From assembly GCA_964363345.1 (NCBI GenBank), contig CAYIHY010000002.1, forward strand, positions 761 through 64,760: 64,000 nucleotides of DNA. The letters run 5' to 3'. A program made the position numbers and the translations under genes. The notes beneath the pieces were generated by a model. It was not told the origin of the DNA. It saw only the letters and a list, made by a program, of their open reading frames with translations, and made no database searches. How positions within the stretch are numbered: position 1 is the first letter of the stretch; every line of letters starts with the position of its first letter. The DNA is from Candidatus Woesearchaeota archaeon (GTDB taxonomy: Archaea; Nanobdellota; Nanobdellia; Pacearchaeales; GW2011-AR1). Shown piece by piece: positions 26,340 to 35,681 of this stretch.

Positions 26340-26984
26340 ATGAATATTAAGATGGATGACGAATTAAAAAGTTCAATAATGAAGACAGGAACAACAATCC
26401 TAGGAATCGTTTGCAAAGACGGAGTTATAATGGCTGCTGATCGAAGAGGGACTGCAGGCGGAATAGTTATGGGCAAAAATATGGAAAAAGTTTTGCCGAT
26501 AAATGATTATATTCTCATGGCTGGATGCGGTATTGCAATGGAAATTCAAAAAATCCCAAAAATTCTCGCAGCTGAATTAAAACTTAAAGAGCTTCGTTCT
26601 AAAACTCGTCCTTCGATTAAGCAGGCAGTTAATTTATTATCTAACTTAAGAGTTTCAGGTCAATCTGCTTTTTTACTCGGCGGATTTGACGAAGACGGAA
26701 CAGTAGAACTTTATTCAACTGACCCCGTAGGACACATAACCAAAGTTGAAGATTATGACGCAAATTTCGGTTCAGGCATGCCTTATGTTCTTGGTTTATT
26801 AGAAAGACAATACAAAAAAGGAATCTCTGTAGACGAAGGAATTAAACTTGCAATAGAATCATTAAAGTCTTCAACGCAAAGAGATACTGCTTCTGGAAAT
26901 GGAATTGATGTTTTCACAATAACTAAAAGCGGAATCAAAAAAGTGGTGTCGCAGGAAATTCAAGCTAATTACAAAGAGGATTAA
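26340..26984 (+). CDS. psmB: Proteasome subunit beta (with propeptide)
   Basis: 214 aa. Propeptide then the catalytic Thr: ...MKTG/TTILGIVCKDGVIMAADRR. Confidence 0.9.
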   Translation: MNIKMDDELKSSIMKTGTTILGIVCKDGVIMAADRRGTAGGIVMGKNMEKVLPINDYILMAGCGIAMEIQKIPKILAAELKLKELRSKTRPSIKQAVNLLSNLRVSGQSAFLLGGFDEDGTVELYSTDPVGHITKVEDYDANFGSGMPYVLGLLERQYKKGISVDEGIKLAIESLKSSTQRDTASGNGIDVFTITKSGIKKVVSQEIQANYKED

Positions 26985-27014
26985 TTTTATTTTATAAATA
27001 ATTTACGGATTTAG

Positions 27015-28898
27015 ATGGACATATTAAAAAATATTACTGAGCAGTTGCACGGCAATGTAACTGAGGCAACTTTTGAAGGAGCAAACATAGTTGTTTACAC
27101 CGACAACGCGAAATTTTTCAAAGAAGGAGAATCCCAAATAAAAGAAATTGTCGGGCAGATTAAAAAAAGAATTGAACTAAGAGCAGATGAAAAAATCTTG
27201 ATGGATTCTGAAAAAACAGAAGCAGAAATAAAAAGAATAATTCCGCAGGAAGCAGAGATTACTGGATTAATTTTTGATGTTCAGCGAAGTATCGTCGTAA
27301 TTGAAGCCAAACGCCCCGGAATGGTCATCGGAAAACAGGGAAGTATATTGGGTGAAATAAGAAACACAACATTATGGACCCCTCAAGTCCAGCGTTCTGC
27401 TGCAATAAAAAGTAAAATCACAGAAAATATTCGTGCTGTTCTTTATGACAATAATAATTACAGGAGAAAATTTTTGAATTCTATCGGGCAGAAAATTTAC
27501 AAGGAATGGAATCCGGAAAAAGTTGATGAATGGGTCAGATTAACTGTTCTGGGTGGCGGAAGGCAGGTTGGAAGAAGTTGTTTTCTTTTGCAGACTCCAA
27601 ATTCAAAAATTCTTCTAGACTGTGGATTAGATGTTGCGTCGCAGGGCAATGATAAATTTCCTTATCTTGATGTTCCCGAATTTAACTTAAGCAACTTGGA
27701 CGCAATAATAATTTCTCACGCTCACTTAGACCACGTCGGTTTGCTCCCTTATTTATACAAAATGGGTTATAGGGGTCCTGTTTACATGACTGCCCCGACG
27801 AGAGATATCGCTGCGCTTCTTGCTTTGGATTTTATCGGAGTCGCATACAAACAGGCAACAAAACCATTATTCGATTCCCCGGATATTAAAGAAATGGTAA
27901 AACACAGCATATGTTTAGATTACAACGAGGTTACTGACATAACTCCCGACGTGAGATTGACATTCTACAATTCAGGACATGTATTAGGTGGAGCAATAAC
28001 TCATCTGAACATCGGAAACGGATTGCATAACTTAGTCTATATGGGAGATTTCAAATACGGACGCTCAAGATTGTTAGAACCTGCAATAGCTTCTTTCCCG
28101 AGAGTAGAATCAATAATTACAGAATCAACTTATGGTTCTAAGAATGATGTGTTCCCCCCAAGAAAAGAAGTTGAAGATAAATTCATTGATATTATAAATA
28201 AAACAATTGAAAGAGACGGGAAAGTTTTAATCCCCGAATTAGGATTAGGACGTGCCCAAGAGACAATGCTTATTCTCGAAGATGCAATGGCTACAGGAAG
28301 ATTAAAGCAAGTTCCTATTTATATCGATGGAATGATTTGGGATATTAATGCAATTCACACGGCATATCCTGATTTTTTAAATAATAAAGTTAAAGCGGAT
28401 ATTTTTCAGGAAGACAATCCTTTTGTTTCAGAATTTTTTAACAGAGTAGCTTCTCCTCAGGAAAGAAAAAATGTAATTGAAGGCGGACCCTGCATAGTTC
28501 TTGCAACTTCAGGAATGTTAGTCGGCGGAGCATCTGTCGAATATTTCAGAGAATTTGCAATTAATCCAAATAACTGCATATGCTTTGTTTGTTATCAGGG
28601 AGTTGGTTCTTTAGGAAGAGCAGTTCAGGATGGAGCCAAAGAGACAAGAATGATCAGCGAAGGAAAAGAAGAAGTTATCAAAATAGAAATGGAAGTTGAA
28701 ACAATAACTGGTTTCAGTGCGCACGCGGGAAGAAATGAATTAATTTCTTTTTTCAATGACCTGCATCCAAAATCAAAAAGAATAATTATCAATCACGGGG
28801 AAGTTTCAAAATCTTTGGATTTAGCTTCTGCACTTTACAAGTTAAATAGAGTAGAGACAAATGTTCCAAGAACTTTAGAAACTCTAAGACTTAGATAA
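27015..28898 (+). CDS. fttA: aCPSF1/FttA-type KH + metallo-beta-lactamase/beta-CASP ribonuclease (transcription termination factor)
   Basis: 627 aa. N-terminal KH domains (VIGKQGSILGEI), MBL motif SHAHLDHVGLLPYL, C-terminal GFSAHAGRNEL. Confidence 0.9.
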   Translation: MDILKNITEQLHGNVTEATFEGANIVVYTDNAKFFKEGESQIKEIVGQIKKRIELRADEKILMDSEKTEAEIKRIIPQEAEITGLIFDVQRSIVVIEAKRPGMVIGKQGSILGEIRNTTLWTPQVQRSAAIKSKITENIRAVLYDNNNYRRKFLNSIGQKIYKEWNPEKVDEWVRLTVLGGGRQVGRSCFLLQTPNSKILLDCGLDVASQGNDKFPYLDVPEFNLSNLDAIIISHAHLDHVGLLPYLYKMGYRGPVYMTAPTRDIAALLALDFIGVAYKQATKPLFDSPDIKEMVKHSICLDYNEVTDITPDVRLTFYNSGHVLGGAITHLNIGNGLHNLVYMGDFKYGRSRLLEPAIASFPRVESIITESTYGSKNDVFPPRKEVEDKFIDIINKTIERDGKVLIPELGLGRAQETMLILEDAMATGRLKQVPIYIDGMIWDINAIHTAYPDFLNNKVKADIFQEDNPFVSEFFNRVASPQERKNVIEGGPCIVLATSGMLVGGASVEYFREFAINPNNCICFVCYQGVGSLGRAVQDGAKETRMISEGKEEVIKIEMEVETITGFSAHAGRNELISFFNDLHPKSKRIIINHGEVSKSLDLASALYKLNRVETNVPRTLETLRLR

Positions 28899-29171
28899 TT
28901 TCTTCCAGTATTTGTATAATATTTTATTTTTATCTTTTAATTCAGATTTTAACCAAGGGTATTTTTTAGAAGCCAATTCATAATCTCGCTTTAATTTTTC
29001 AAATCTTTGTTTTGGTTTTTTGTTTGGAAAAAATTTATTAAAATAACTCAAAGAAGAAGATTTTGGAACTTCAAATAATATCACTTCTGGTTTAAATTTT
29101 AAAATTGCTTTTGCTTGATTGTCCGTAACCTTTTGGTTGTGTTCTGGTTCATTGACATGAATTAATTTCAT
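28884..29171 (-). CDS. Hypothetical protein (95 aa, Lys-rich)
   Basis: ORF only. Converges on and overlaps the aCPSF1 3' end by 15 nt. Confidence 0.35.
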   Translation of the reverse strand: MKLIHVNEPEHNQKVTDNQAKAILKFKPEVILFEVPKSSSLSYFNKFFPNKKPKQRFEKLKRDYELASKKYPWLKSELKDKNKILYKYWKKLSKS

Positions 29172-29359
29172 ATTAACTAATAGTTTTGTATAATTTATAT
29201 AATTTTATTATAAAAGATTTTTTTCTCATTAATTTATTTCCCTAACTGAGAAACTTGGCGGAGCCAGTTTTGAGCCATTAATTTGCGAAGCAAGAATTCT
29301 TCTCAAGATTTAAAAACTTCTTTTGATTTTATCAATTATGAAAATGAGGGGTCTTAGCA

Positions 29360-30331
29360 ATGAAGCATAATCTAAAAATTACTTTAATTCTTATTTCGAT
29401 GTTTGTAATTACTCAATTTATCGGACTGTATGTTATAAATGCAGATGTTTTTCATCAGACTGCGCAGGTTAACGGAGCAACAGAAATTTTAACAAATCCG
29501 ATTTTGTCAGTTCTTCAGCCGCCAGAGCCGCAGACGCAAAATGATTTCAGTATGTATTTTGGCTCAATGATTTTTGCATTTATAATCGCAGTAGTTATTC
29601 TTTTTCTTTTGACGAGATTTAAGATAGATTTGATTTTGAAAATATGGTTTTTTTCCGTTGTGGTTATAGCTTTGTTCGTAACGTTTAATGCTTTATTCCC
29701 GAAATATATAAACTCAATTTATTTTGTAATTCTCGCTTTATTGTTTGCTTTATTTTTGGGATTCATAAAAATATTCAAGAGAAATTTCCTTATTCATAAT
29801 TTAACCGAGCTTTTAATTTATCCCGGAATTGCAACATTTTTTGTTCCGATATTAAATTTTTGGTCTGTGATTATCCTTCTTATTCTAATTTCAGTTTATG
29901 ATATGTGGGCAGTTTGGCATTCTGGAATTATGCAAAAAATGGCAAAATATCAGATAAATAATTTGAAAATATTCTCAGGATTTTTTGTTCCCTATATTTC
30001 AAAAAAACTAAAAATTAAATTAAGAAAAATGAAAAAAACAAAAGCTAAAAATAAAAAAATAAAGATAAGTCTTGCAATCCTCGGCGGAGGAGATGTTATC
30101 TTCCCGATAATAACTTCAGGAGTTGTTTTAACTACCAAAGTTGTAAATCTGCCTTTTGGTTTGTCTCCATTTATCGGAGGATTTTGGCCTGCTGTTTTTG
30201 TTATTGCGGGAGCAACTTTGGGGTTATCATTATTGTTTATGTTCTCAGAAAAAAAGAAATTTTACCCTGCAATGCCTTTTATTTCAGCGGGAATTTTTGC
30301 AGGGATAATTCTAGGTTATATCCTTTTCTAA
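29360..30331 (+). CDS. Presenilin/signal-peptide-peptidase-like GxGD intramembrane aspartyl protease (A22 family)
   Basis: 323 aa, polytopic. Contains a YD motif (ISVYDMWAV), a GxGD motif (LAILGGGDVIFP) and a C-terminal PAL-like YPAMPF. Confidence 0.7.
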   Translation: MKHNLKITLILISMFVITQFIGLYVINADVFHQTAQVNGATEILTNPILSVLQPPEPQTQNDFSMYFGSMIFAFIIAVVILFLLTRFKIDLILKIWFFSVVVIALFVTFNALFPKYINSIYFVILALLFALFLGFIKIFKRNFLIHNLTELLIYPGIATFFVPILNFWSVIILLILISVYDMWAVWHSGIMQKMAKYQINNLKIFSGFFVPYISKKLKIKLRKMKKTKAKNKKIKISLAILGGGDVIFPIITSGVVLTTKVVNLPFGLSPFIGGFWPAVFVIAGATLGLSLLFMFSEKKKFYPAMPFISAGIFAGIILGYILF

Positions 30332-30394
30332 AATTGCTACTATCAAAAGGTAACATATCATAAGATTTATAAATAGTGTTTTCTATGGGGATTT

Positions 30395-30649
30395 ATGGAA
30401 ATGCAAACAAGATTTAATCCCAGCGAGGAATTTGAAAGATATGCAATAATCGCAGATTACTTTTTAGAAGACCCGGAGGCTTTAAATGAAAGAAATAGAC
30501 AATACTTAAAAAATATTTTTTATAGAATCTCCCGTGAAACAAGAAGTGCGGATTTACCAGAGAGAACAAGGAGATTACGTACGGGGTTGCTTAGATTTTT
30601 TGGAATAACCAGCGAAGCAATCAATCAAACTAAGGGGGCAATAATATGA
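30395..30649 (+). CDS. Hypothetical small protein (84 aa)
   Basis: ORF only. Its stop overlaps the start of the next ORF (ATGA). Confidence 0.4.
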   Translation: MEMQTRFNPSEEFERYAIIADYFLEDPEALNERNRQYLKNIFYRISRETRSADLPERTRRLRTGLLRFFGITSEAINQTKGAII

Positions 30650-30870
30650 ATAATCCAAACTATGATAAGCAGGTAAGAGAATATGCTGACGAAGTTAGCA
30701 AATATCCCGAAGAAAGTTATCCAAGTGATAGTATAGCTGGCGACGAATTACAAAAGATACTTTTTGCTTTAATAGACATAAAAAATAGACACTTATCTCC
30801 CACAGTTAGGGAACAGAAAAAGGAACTTGAACAATTACTTCTTAGTAAAAAAATAAGGAAGTTAGCTTAA
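30646..30870 (+). CDS. Hypothetical small protein (74 aa)
   Basis: ORF only. Coupled to the upstream ORF and ends 1 nt before the TrmB-family gene. Confidence 0.4.
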   Translation: MNNPNYDKQVREYADEVSKYPEESYPSDSIAGDELQKILFALIDIKNRHLSPTVREQKKELEQLLLSKKIRKLA

Positions 30871-30871
30871 A

Positions 30872-31654
30872 ATGATACTTGCACAGGAATTAATTGGAAG
30901 AATCAAAGACCATTTTGATTTGAATCTTTACGAAACAAAAGTTTGGTTAGCTTTGCTTAGTAAAGGAGTTGCTTCTGTTGGTGAAATTGCTGCTCTATCA
31001 AGAGTTCCTAGAAGCAGAACTTATGATGTTCTTGAAAGCTTGGAGAAAAAAGGATTTGCAATAATAAGAATGGGCAAACCCGTAAAATATTTGGGTGTAA
31101 AACCTCAAATAATTCTTGAAAGAATAAAACAGGACATAAGAAAAGGTGCTGAAGAAAAAGTAAATATCCTTACAAAATTAAAAGATACAGATGAATTTGT
31201 CAAACTCAACGAATTGTATACTCAGGGAATAAATCCGGTAAAGAAAGAAGAAATTTCAACTTCATTGAGAGGAAAATCAAATATCACAAATTTCTTGAGA
31301 GAAATAATTGAAAGTGCAAAAAAAGAAGTTGTTATCTGCACAAATGCAGGCGAGATAAAATCAAAAGCAAAAATTTTCGCTCAGACTATTGCAATTCTTA
31401 AAAGAGCAAACATAAAAATAAAAATGGCTCTTTCAGGGGATGAAAAAACAATAAAGGAGCTTGAAGAAAAACTTGGCTTAAAAATAAAAAGAACAGAAAT
31501 TGATTCAAAATTCTTTATAGTTGATAGAAGAGAAGTTTTATTTTATATTTCAAAAAGCGGAAGCGACAGCGAAGATATTGCAGTATGGCTTAATTCAGAA
31601 TTTTTTGTAGAATCTTTTGCATCTCTATTTGAAAAAGCAATTGGAGAGAAATAG
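30872..31654 (+). CDS. TrmB family transcriptional regulator
   Basis: 260 aa. N-terminal wHTH LYETKVWLALLSKGVASVGEIAALSRVPRSRTYDVLESLEKKGF, plus a C-terminal sensor-like domain. Confidence 0.8.
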   Translation: MILAQELIGRIKDHFDLNLYETKVWLALLSKGVASVGEIAALSRVPRSRTYDVLESLEKKGFAIIRMGKPVKYLGVKPQIILERIKQDIRKGAEEKVNILTKLKDTDEFVKLNELYTQGINPVKKEEISTSLRGKSNITNFLREIIESAKKEVVICTNAGEIKSKAKIFAQTIAILKRANIKIKMALSGDEKTIKELEEKLGLKIKRTEIDSKFFIVDRREVLFYISKSGSDSEDIAVWLNSEFFVESFASLFEKAIGEK

Positions 31655-31657
31655 GAT

Positions 31658-32938
31658 TTAATTAACAATTTCTAAATTTATTATTCCCATCTCATTGATT
31701 TTTTCTTTATTTTTCAATTTCCATTCTTCAACGAAATCTGAAATTTTTTCTTCAACTTTCTCACGAGCAAAAACTCTTCCCGCTTTGACAAAAGTGTTTT
31801 TATGCTTATTTTCAAATAAGGCAACATTTTTTTCATCTTTTGCATTTGGTCCGTTCAGAACAATTTCCCCTCTGCTTTTAACAATAAAAAAATATTCTGC
31901 TCCTTTCTTGTCATTATACTCAAAATATTTATTTTTAACTTCATAATATTTTTTTATTTCTTCATTTAAATGTCGGTAAAACTTGACAAGTTTGCTTCCA
32001 GCAATATCTCCTTCCTGCTTATCAGTTTCTGCTTTGATAAAAACAAATTGTACTTTTCTTTTTTGTGCACCTTCTTTTAATTTTTCAAAGTTTATTTTTT
32101 CCTCTTCAAAATTTTCCAGTTTTGGATTTTTCAAAAATTTTCTGCAAGCTTCCTGAAATCGCTTAAAAGTTTCATTTGAAAGCGCAGCAAGTGCATTTCT
32201 TTCCTTGTAAGTCGGGTCAATCAAAACCATAGGCGAACTCATTTTTGAGCCGTTCATATTCATTTCTATTTCTCTTTTATTTTTGTATAATTTTTCAATG
32301 TCGATTATTTCTTTATTTTTCATCTTAGTCCCCGCTTTAACAAAATTCAAGAAACTTTTATAATAATAAACTAATAATTCAAGTGCATACCCTGAAAATC
32401 CATTAATATAACTCTCCGCGCCGTAGCATTTGTTTGCGTGGCAGAAAGCTTTTGCTAATCTAACCTCTTCAAGCATTTTTTCTGTTTTCAGTCTTTTTTT
32501 GATATATCCTACGTGAAAATAAGACAAGTCAGTTATATTCTCCGCATCTTTTGGATTTTTTACTCTCATCACAGGAACTATTTCAATAAAGAAATTCTTG
32601 TCACCCGAAATTTGAAAATAATCTCTTGAACCATGAATTCTTGAAATTTTCCCAATTTTTATTTCACGAAGTATTTTTTCAGTTAAATCAGAAATTTTAC
32701 TTCCTTTATTTTTTTGCTCAAATCTTACAAAGACGTCAATATCATACAATCTTTTTTTAATCAGAGTTTTTTTTTCAAAACTTCCGCCGACAAAAACCTG
32801 CGCATCTATTTTTTTCTCTTTTAATTTTTTTTCAAATAAACTTATAAAATTCTTTAGAAAATTTTCAATATGTTTTATTTCCTCTTTTGAAGGATTTATC
32901 TTATTCAAAACTTCTTTTAAAATTTGACTAATATTCAT
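31658..32938 (-). CDS. cca: CCA-adding enzyme (archaeal class I tRNA nucleotidyltransferase)
   Basis: 426 aa. N-terminal NTase motif VGGSFEKKT...DIDVFV, YFHVGYIKKR and GAESYINGFSGYALELL, typical of archaeal Cca. Confidence 0.8.
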   Translation of the reverse strand: MNISQILKEVLNKINPSKEEIKHIENFLKNFISLFEKKLKEKKIDAQVFVGGSFEKKTLIKKRLYDIDVFVRFEQKNKGSKISDLTEKILREIKIGKISRIHGSRDYFQISGDKNFFIEIVPVMRVKNPKDAENITDLSYFHVGYIKKRLKTEKMLEEVRLAKAFCHANKCYGAESYINGFSGYALELLVYYYKSFLNFVKAGTKMKNKEIIDIEKLYKNKREIEMNMNGSKMSSPMVLIDPTYKERNALAALSNETFKRFQEACRKFLKNPKLENFEEEKINFEKLKEGAQKRKVQFVFIKAETDKQEGDIAGSKLVKFYRHLNEEIKKYYEVKNKYFEYNDKKGAEYFFIVKSRGEIVLNGPNAKDEKNVALFENKHKNTFVKAGRVFAREKVEEKISDFVEEWKLKNKEKINEMGIINLEIVN

Positions 32939-32955
32939 AAATGAATAACGCAGAA

Positions 32956-33657
32956 TTAACTTATAAGTTTAATGGAAGCAATTCTCTCTTCTAATTCAAG
33001 TTTGATTACTCGGACAACTTCTTCTTTTGGAGGACGTTTAGTCATATTTATGACTGTACATCCCAGAACTTCTAACATCTCAAAAAAAGGATCTTTTGGG
33101 GGAGTCCTTTTATAAATAGTATCTACATTTGATAAGATAAATTGTAAATAATCTAAAACCTGATTTCTATACCCTTTTTGCACTGCGAATTTATCTACTT
33201 CAGTATGAGCTAAATCGTGAGGACCCATTCTATAATGATATCCTCCCTTTCTATCTGTTATTATTACTTCTGATAATTCATGGGCTAAAAGTCCAGTCAG
33301 TTGAGATTCATTAATTGTTTCAAAAGCATCTTTCAATCCAGGAGAAGGGTCAATTGAAATTAAATATGCTAAATGTTCCTTTCCAAGATTTGTTGTTTCT
33401 GTTATTTCGGGATAAATAAAAATTTCCCTTTCTTTGCTTGGAGAATATTCTTCTACAAGCCCCCCCATTGTAACTGCAGAAGGAGTGAACCATTCTACTT
33501 TGTCATTAGTTTTTATTCCTTTTATTGCGATAACCGTTCCATTTGATGCCGCGAAATGCAACCATGAAATGTTTCCAACCGCAGCTTTATCTTCAAGTTT
33601 AAACGCGGCTCTAACAGGAAGGAATGTTTCTGGAAGCAATTTTATCCAATTATTCAT
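32956..33657 (-). CDS. Hypothetical protein (233 aa)
   Basis: ORF only. Contains LLAHELSEV, which is not a true HExxH motif. Confidence 0.45.
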   Translation of the reverse strand: MNNWIKLLPETFLPVRAAFKLEDKAAVGNISWLHFAASNGTVIAIKGIKTNDKVEWFTPSAVTMGGLVEEYSPSKEREIFIYPEITETTNLGKEHLAYLISIDPSPGLKDAFETINESQLTGLLAHELSEVIITDRKGGYHYRMGPHDLAHTEVDKFAVQKGYRNQVLDYLQFILSNVDTIYKRTPPKDPFFEMLEVLGCTVINMTKRPPKEEVVRVIKLELEERIASIKLIS

Positions 33658-33731
33658 GCCCTGATGATTAAAAATGAATTTATAAAAGTAACTATAATAA
33701 AACTTATAAATGGTTAATAATAAAGAGAACT

Positions 33732-34064
33732 ATGATGATACATGCCCATTACTTAATAAGGAACCAAGAGGAACTTTCCGAATTAAAAAGTAAAATTGAA
33801 AAATTAGAACGAGTAGTAGCATTTTCCTGTCCCCCAGTTCCAAATCCAAATAATACGAGTCCAGATTATATAATTGTAAAAAAAGGAACAGCTGGAGATT
33901 ATGATTCATGTGACATCTGTCCATTTCCAGGTTGTGAACTTAGTCTTATTGATTTACAAAGAGAAAATATTTCAAAACCGGAAGTTAATGTTGCAAGTCA
34001 GGAAAGAATTCAGTTGATATATGATTCAAATATTTACACAATTTATTTTAAAAATAATTTTTAA
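33732..34064 (+). CDS. Hypothetical protein (110 aa)
   Basis: ORF only. Contains a CDICPFPGC cysteine pair. Confidence 0.4.
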   Translation: MMIHAHYLIRNQEELSELKSKIEKLERVVAFSCPPVPNPNNTSPDYIIVKKGTAGDYDSCDICPFPGCELSLIDLQRENISKPEVNVASQERIQLIYDSNIYTIYFKNNF

Positions 34065-34066
34065 TA

Positions 34067-34492
34067 TTAATCCTCGTCAGGATTTCTTATTTCCTTGATG
34101 TCTTTTGCGTTCTGTTTTAATGTAGAAGATAAATCAATTATATATTTTCCCTCTTCCACTTTGTATATTAATGGGCGTTTTTTATTGAATAAATTAACTA
34201 AATCAATTTCAAATTTTCCTGCTCCTGTAACTCTCACAGATTCTATATCTAAAATAACTGGAGTATCTTCTTCAATAATCCCTGCAAGTTCTCTTATTTC
34301 TTTTTCAACTTGCTTCTTATCTTCCATTGGAATCTCAATTGGATTTTCTTTTATCCTCGCTAATTGGCTGTCTTTTATATAGAAGAAAAAGTGCGCTCCG
34401 CACTCACTGCACCCTTCAAGTAATTCTTTGCTCCCCGCAGGATAAATTGTTCCGCAGTGTACGCATTGGTGTGGCATAGATATGAAAAACAA
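34067..34492 (-). CDS. Zn-ribbon-containing protein of the archaeal GTPase-associated triad
   Basis: 141 aa. N-terminal CVHCGTIY...CSECGAHFFF. Last gene of the three-gene GTPase operon. Confidence 0.6.
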   Translation of the reverse strand: MFFISMPHQCVHCGTIYPAGSKELLEGCSECGAHFFFYIKDSQLARIKENPIEIPMEDKKQVEKEIRELAGIIEEDTPVILDIESVRVTGAGKFEIDLVNLFNKKRPLIYKVEEGKYIIDLSSTLKQNAKDIKEIRNPDED

Positions 34493-34527
34493 TTAGACAT
34501 TAAAAAGATTGCGGAGAAAAAATATAT

Positions 34528-34956
34528 TTACTGATTTAATAATAATTCAATTTTCTTGGGATTGCGTTTCATTTCTTTTACAATTGTTGCGGGTCCGATA
34601 ATTGTAATAGCACTGAAATCTCCGCCGGCAATTGCATTCGCAATTCCTTTTGTCATTTTTCCCAAAATGCTATCTTGATTATTTCCTGCAATTACTGCAA
34701 GCTCTATACCTCTGAAATTTTTTATATGCCCTATCATCGCCATCGTATCCCCAATCAATCTGGCCTCTTCACTCGATGACAATTTTCCCTGAAGTATTAA
34801 AATATTATTGTTAAGAATTATACTCAATATTTTTTTTATTCTTTCGTCGCTATTAAGTTCTCTTATTTCAGAATATGGAAGAAACTGGATGGAAAATCCC
34901 TTTATCTTTCCCAAATCTCTCCCTCTTTTTTTATCTGCCATTTTAATAATAACCAA
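34528..34956 (-). CDS. Conserved archaeal protein of the GTPase-associated triad (function unknown)
   Basis: 142 aa. Occupies the middle position between the GTPase and the Zn-ribbon gene. No catalytic motif recognised. Confidence 0.5.
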   Translation of the reverse strand: MVIIKMADKKRGRDLGKIKGFSIQFLPYSEIRELNSDERIKKILSIILNNNILILQGKLSSSEEARLIGDTMAMIGHIKNFRGIELAVIAGNNQDSILGKMTKGIANAIAGGDFSAITIIGPATIVKEMKRNPKKIELLLNQ

Positions 34957-34978
34957 ATATGCTTTTTAATCTTTTTTG

Positions 34979-35620
34979 CTAAACCTTTTTTGATAGTTTA
35001 AAAATTGATTCATAAAATTCTTCTAAATTGTCTCCGAATTTTGCGCTTATTCCGACGACGTCGTACTCAGGGAAAGCAGCTTCAATTTTTTTTATGTCTG
35101 CTTTTTTCAGATCAATTTTATTTGCTACAATCAGAACAGGGATTTTTCTGGCTACAAGATTTCCTATAATAGTAATATTCACCTGATTGTACGGATTTTC
35201 CGCAACATCAAGAACAACAACAACAATGTCCATGTCATCAAGCCACTTGATGCTTTCAATAACTCCTTGTGTTGCTTCTTTTGCTCTTTCTTTAGAATCT
35301 TTTTTTGACATTTTGAATTTCAGAAAATCTTCATAATCTATTTTTGTCGCAATTCCCGGCGTGTCAATCATTTTGAAAACCATTTTCTTTCCTTTGTAGC
35401 TTATTTCAACTTTTTCCTTGAATTGAACTTTTCTTGTTTCATGCGGAATCTTGCTTACTGTTCCAATTTCTTCCCCCGTAAAATCTTTGCAGATTCTATT
35501 TGCTAAACTTGTCTTTCCTGCGTTAGGCGGCCCGTAAAATCCTAATTTAATTTCCCTTTTACTGCTAAACAAATTTGTGAACATCCTCTTAAAAAAATTC
35601 TTAAAAATCTTTATCGCCAT
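34979..35620 (-). CDS. Small GTP-binding protein (Era/Obg-like P-loop GTPase)
   Basis: 213 aa. G1 GPPNAGKTS, G3 DTPG, G4 NKID. Confidence 0.8.
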   Translation of the reverse strand: MAIKIFKNFFKRMFTNLFSSKREIKLGFYGPPNAGKTSLANRICKDFTGEEIGTVSKIPHETRKVQFKEKVEISYKGKKMVFKMIDTPGIATKIDYEDFLKFKMSKKDSKERAKEATQGVIESIKWLDDMDIVVVVLDVAENPYNQVNITIIGNLVARKIPVLIVANKIDLKKADIKKIEAAFPEYDVVGISAKFGDNLEEFYESIFKLSKKV

Positions 35621-35681
35621 AGTATAAATTTGTCGTGTTAGTTTATAAATATTTCAGTAATAAAACATAATATTCTTAGGG

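Noticed and set aside
32956-33657. Zinc metalloprotease call for the 233-aa protein, based on LLAHELSEV
   Set aside because: The motif is HExxE, not HExxH, and no supporting third-ligand motif was recognised. It is left as hypothetical.
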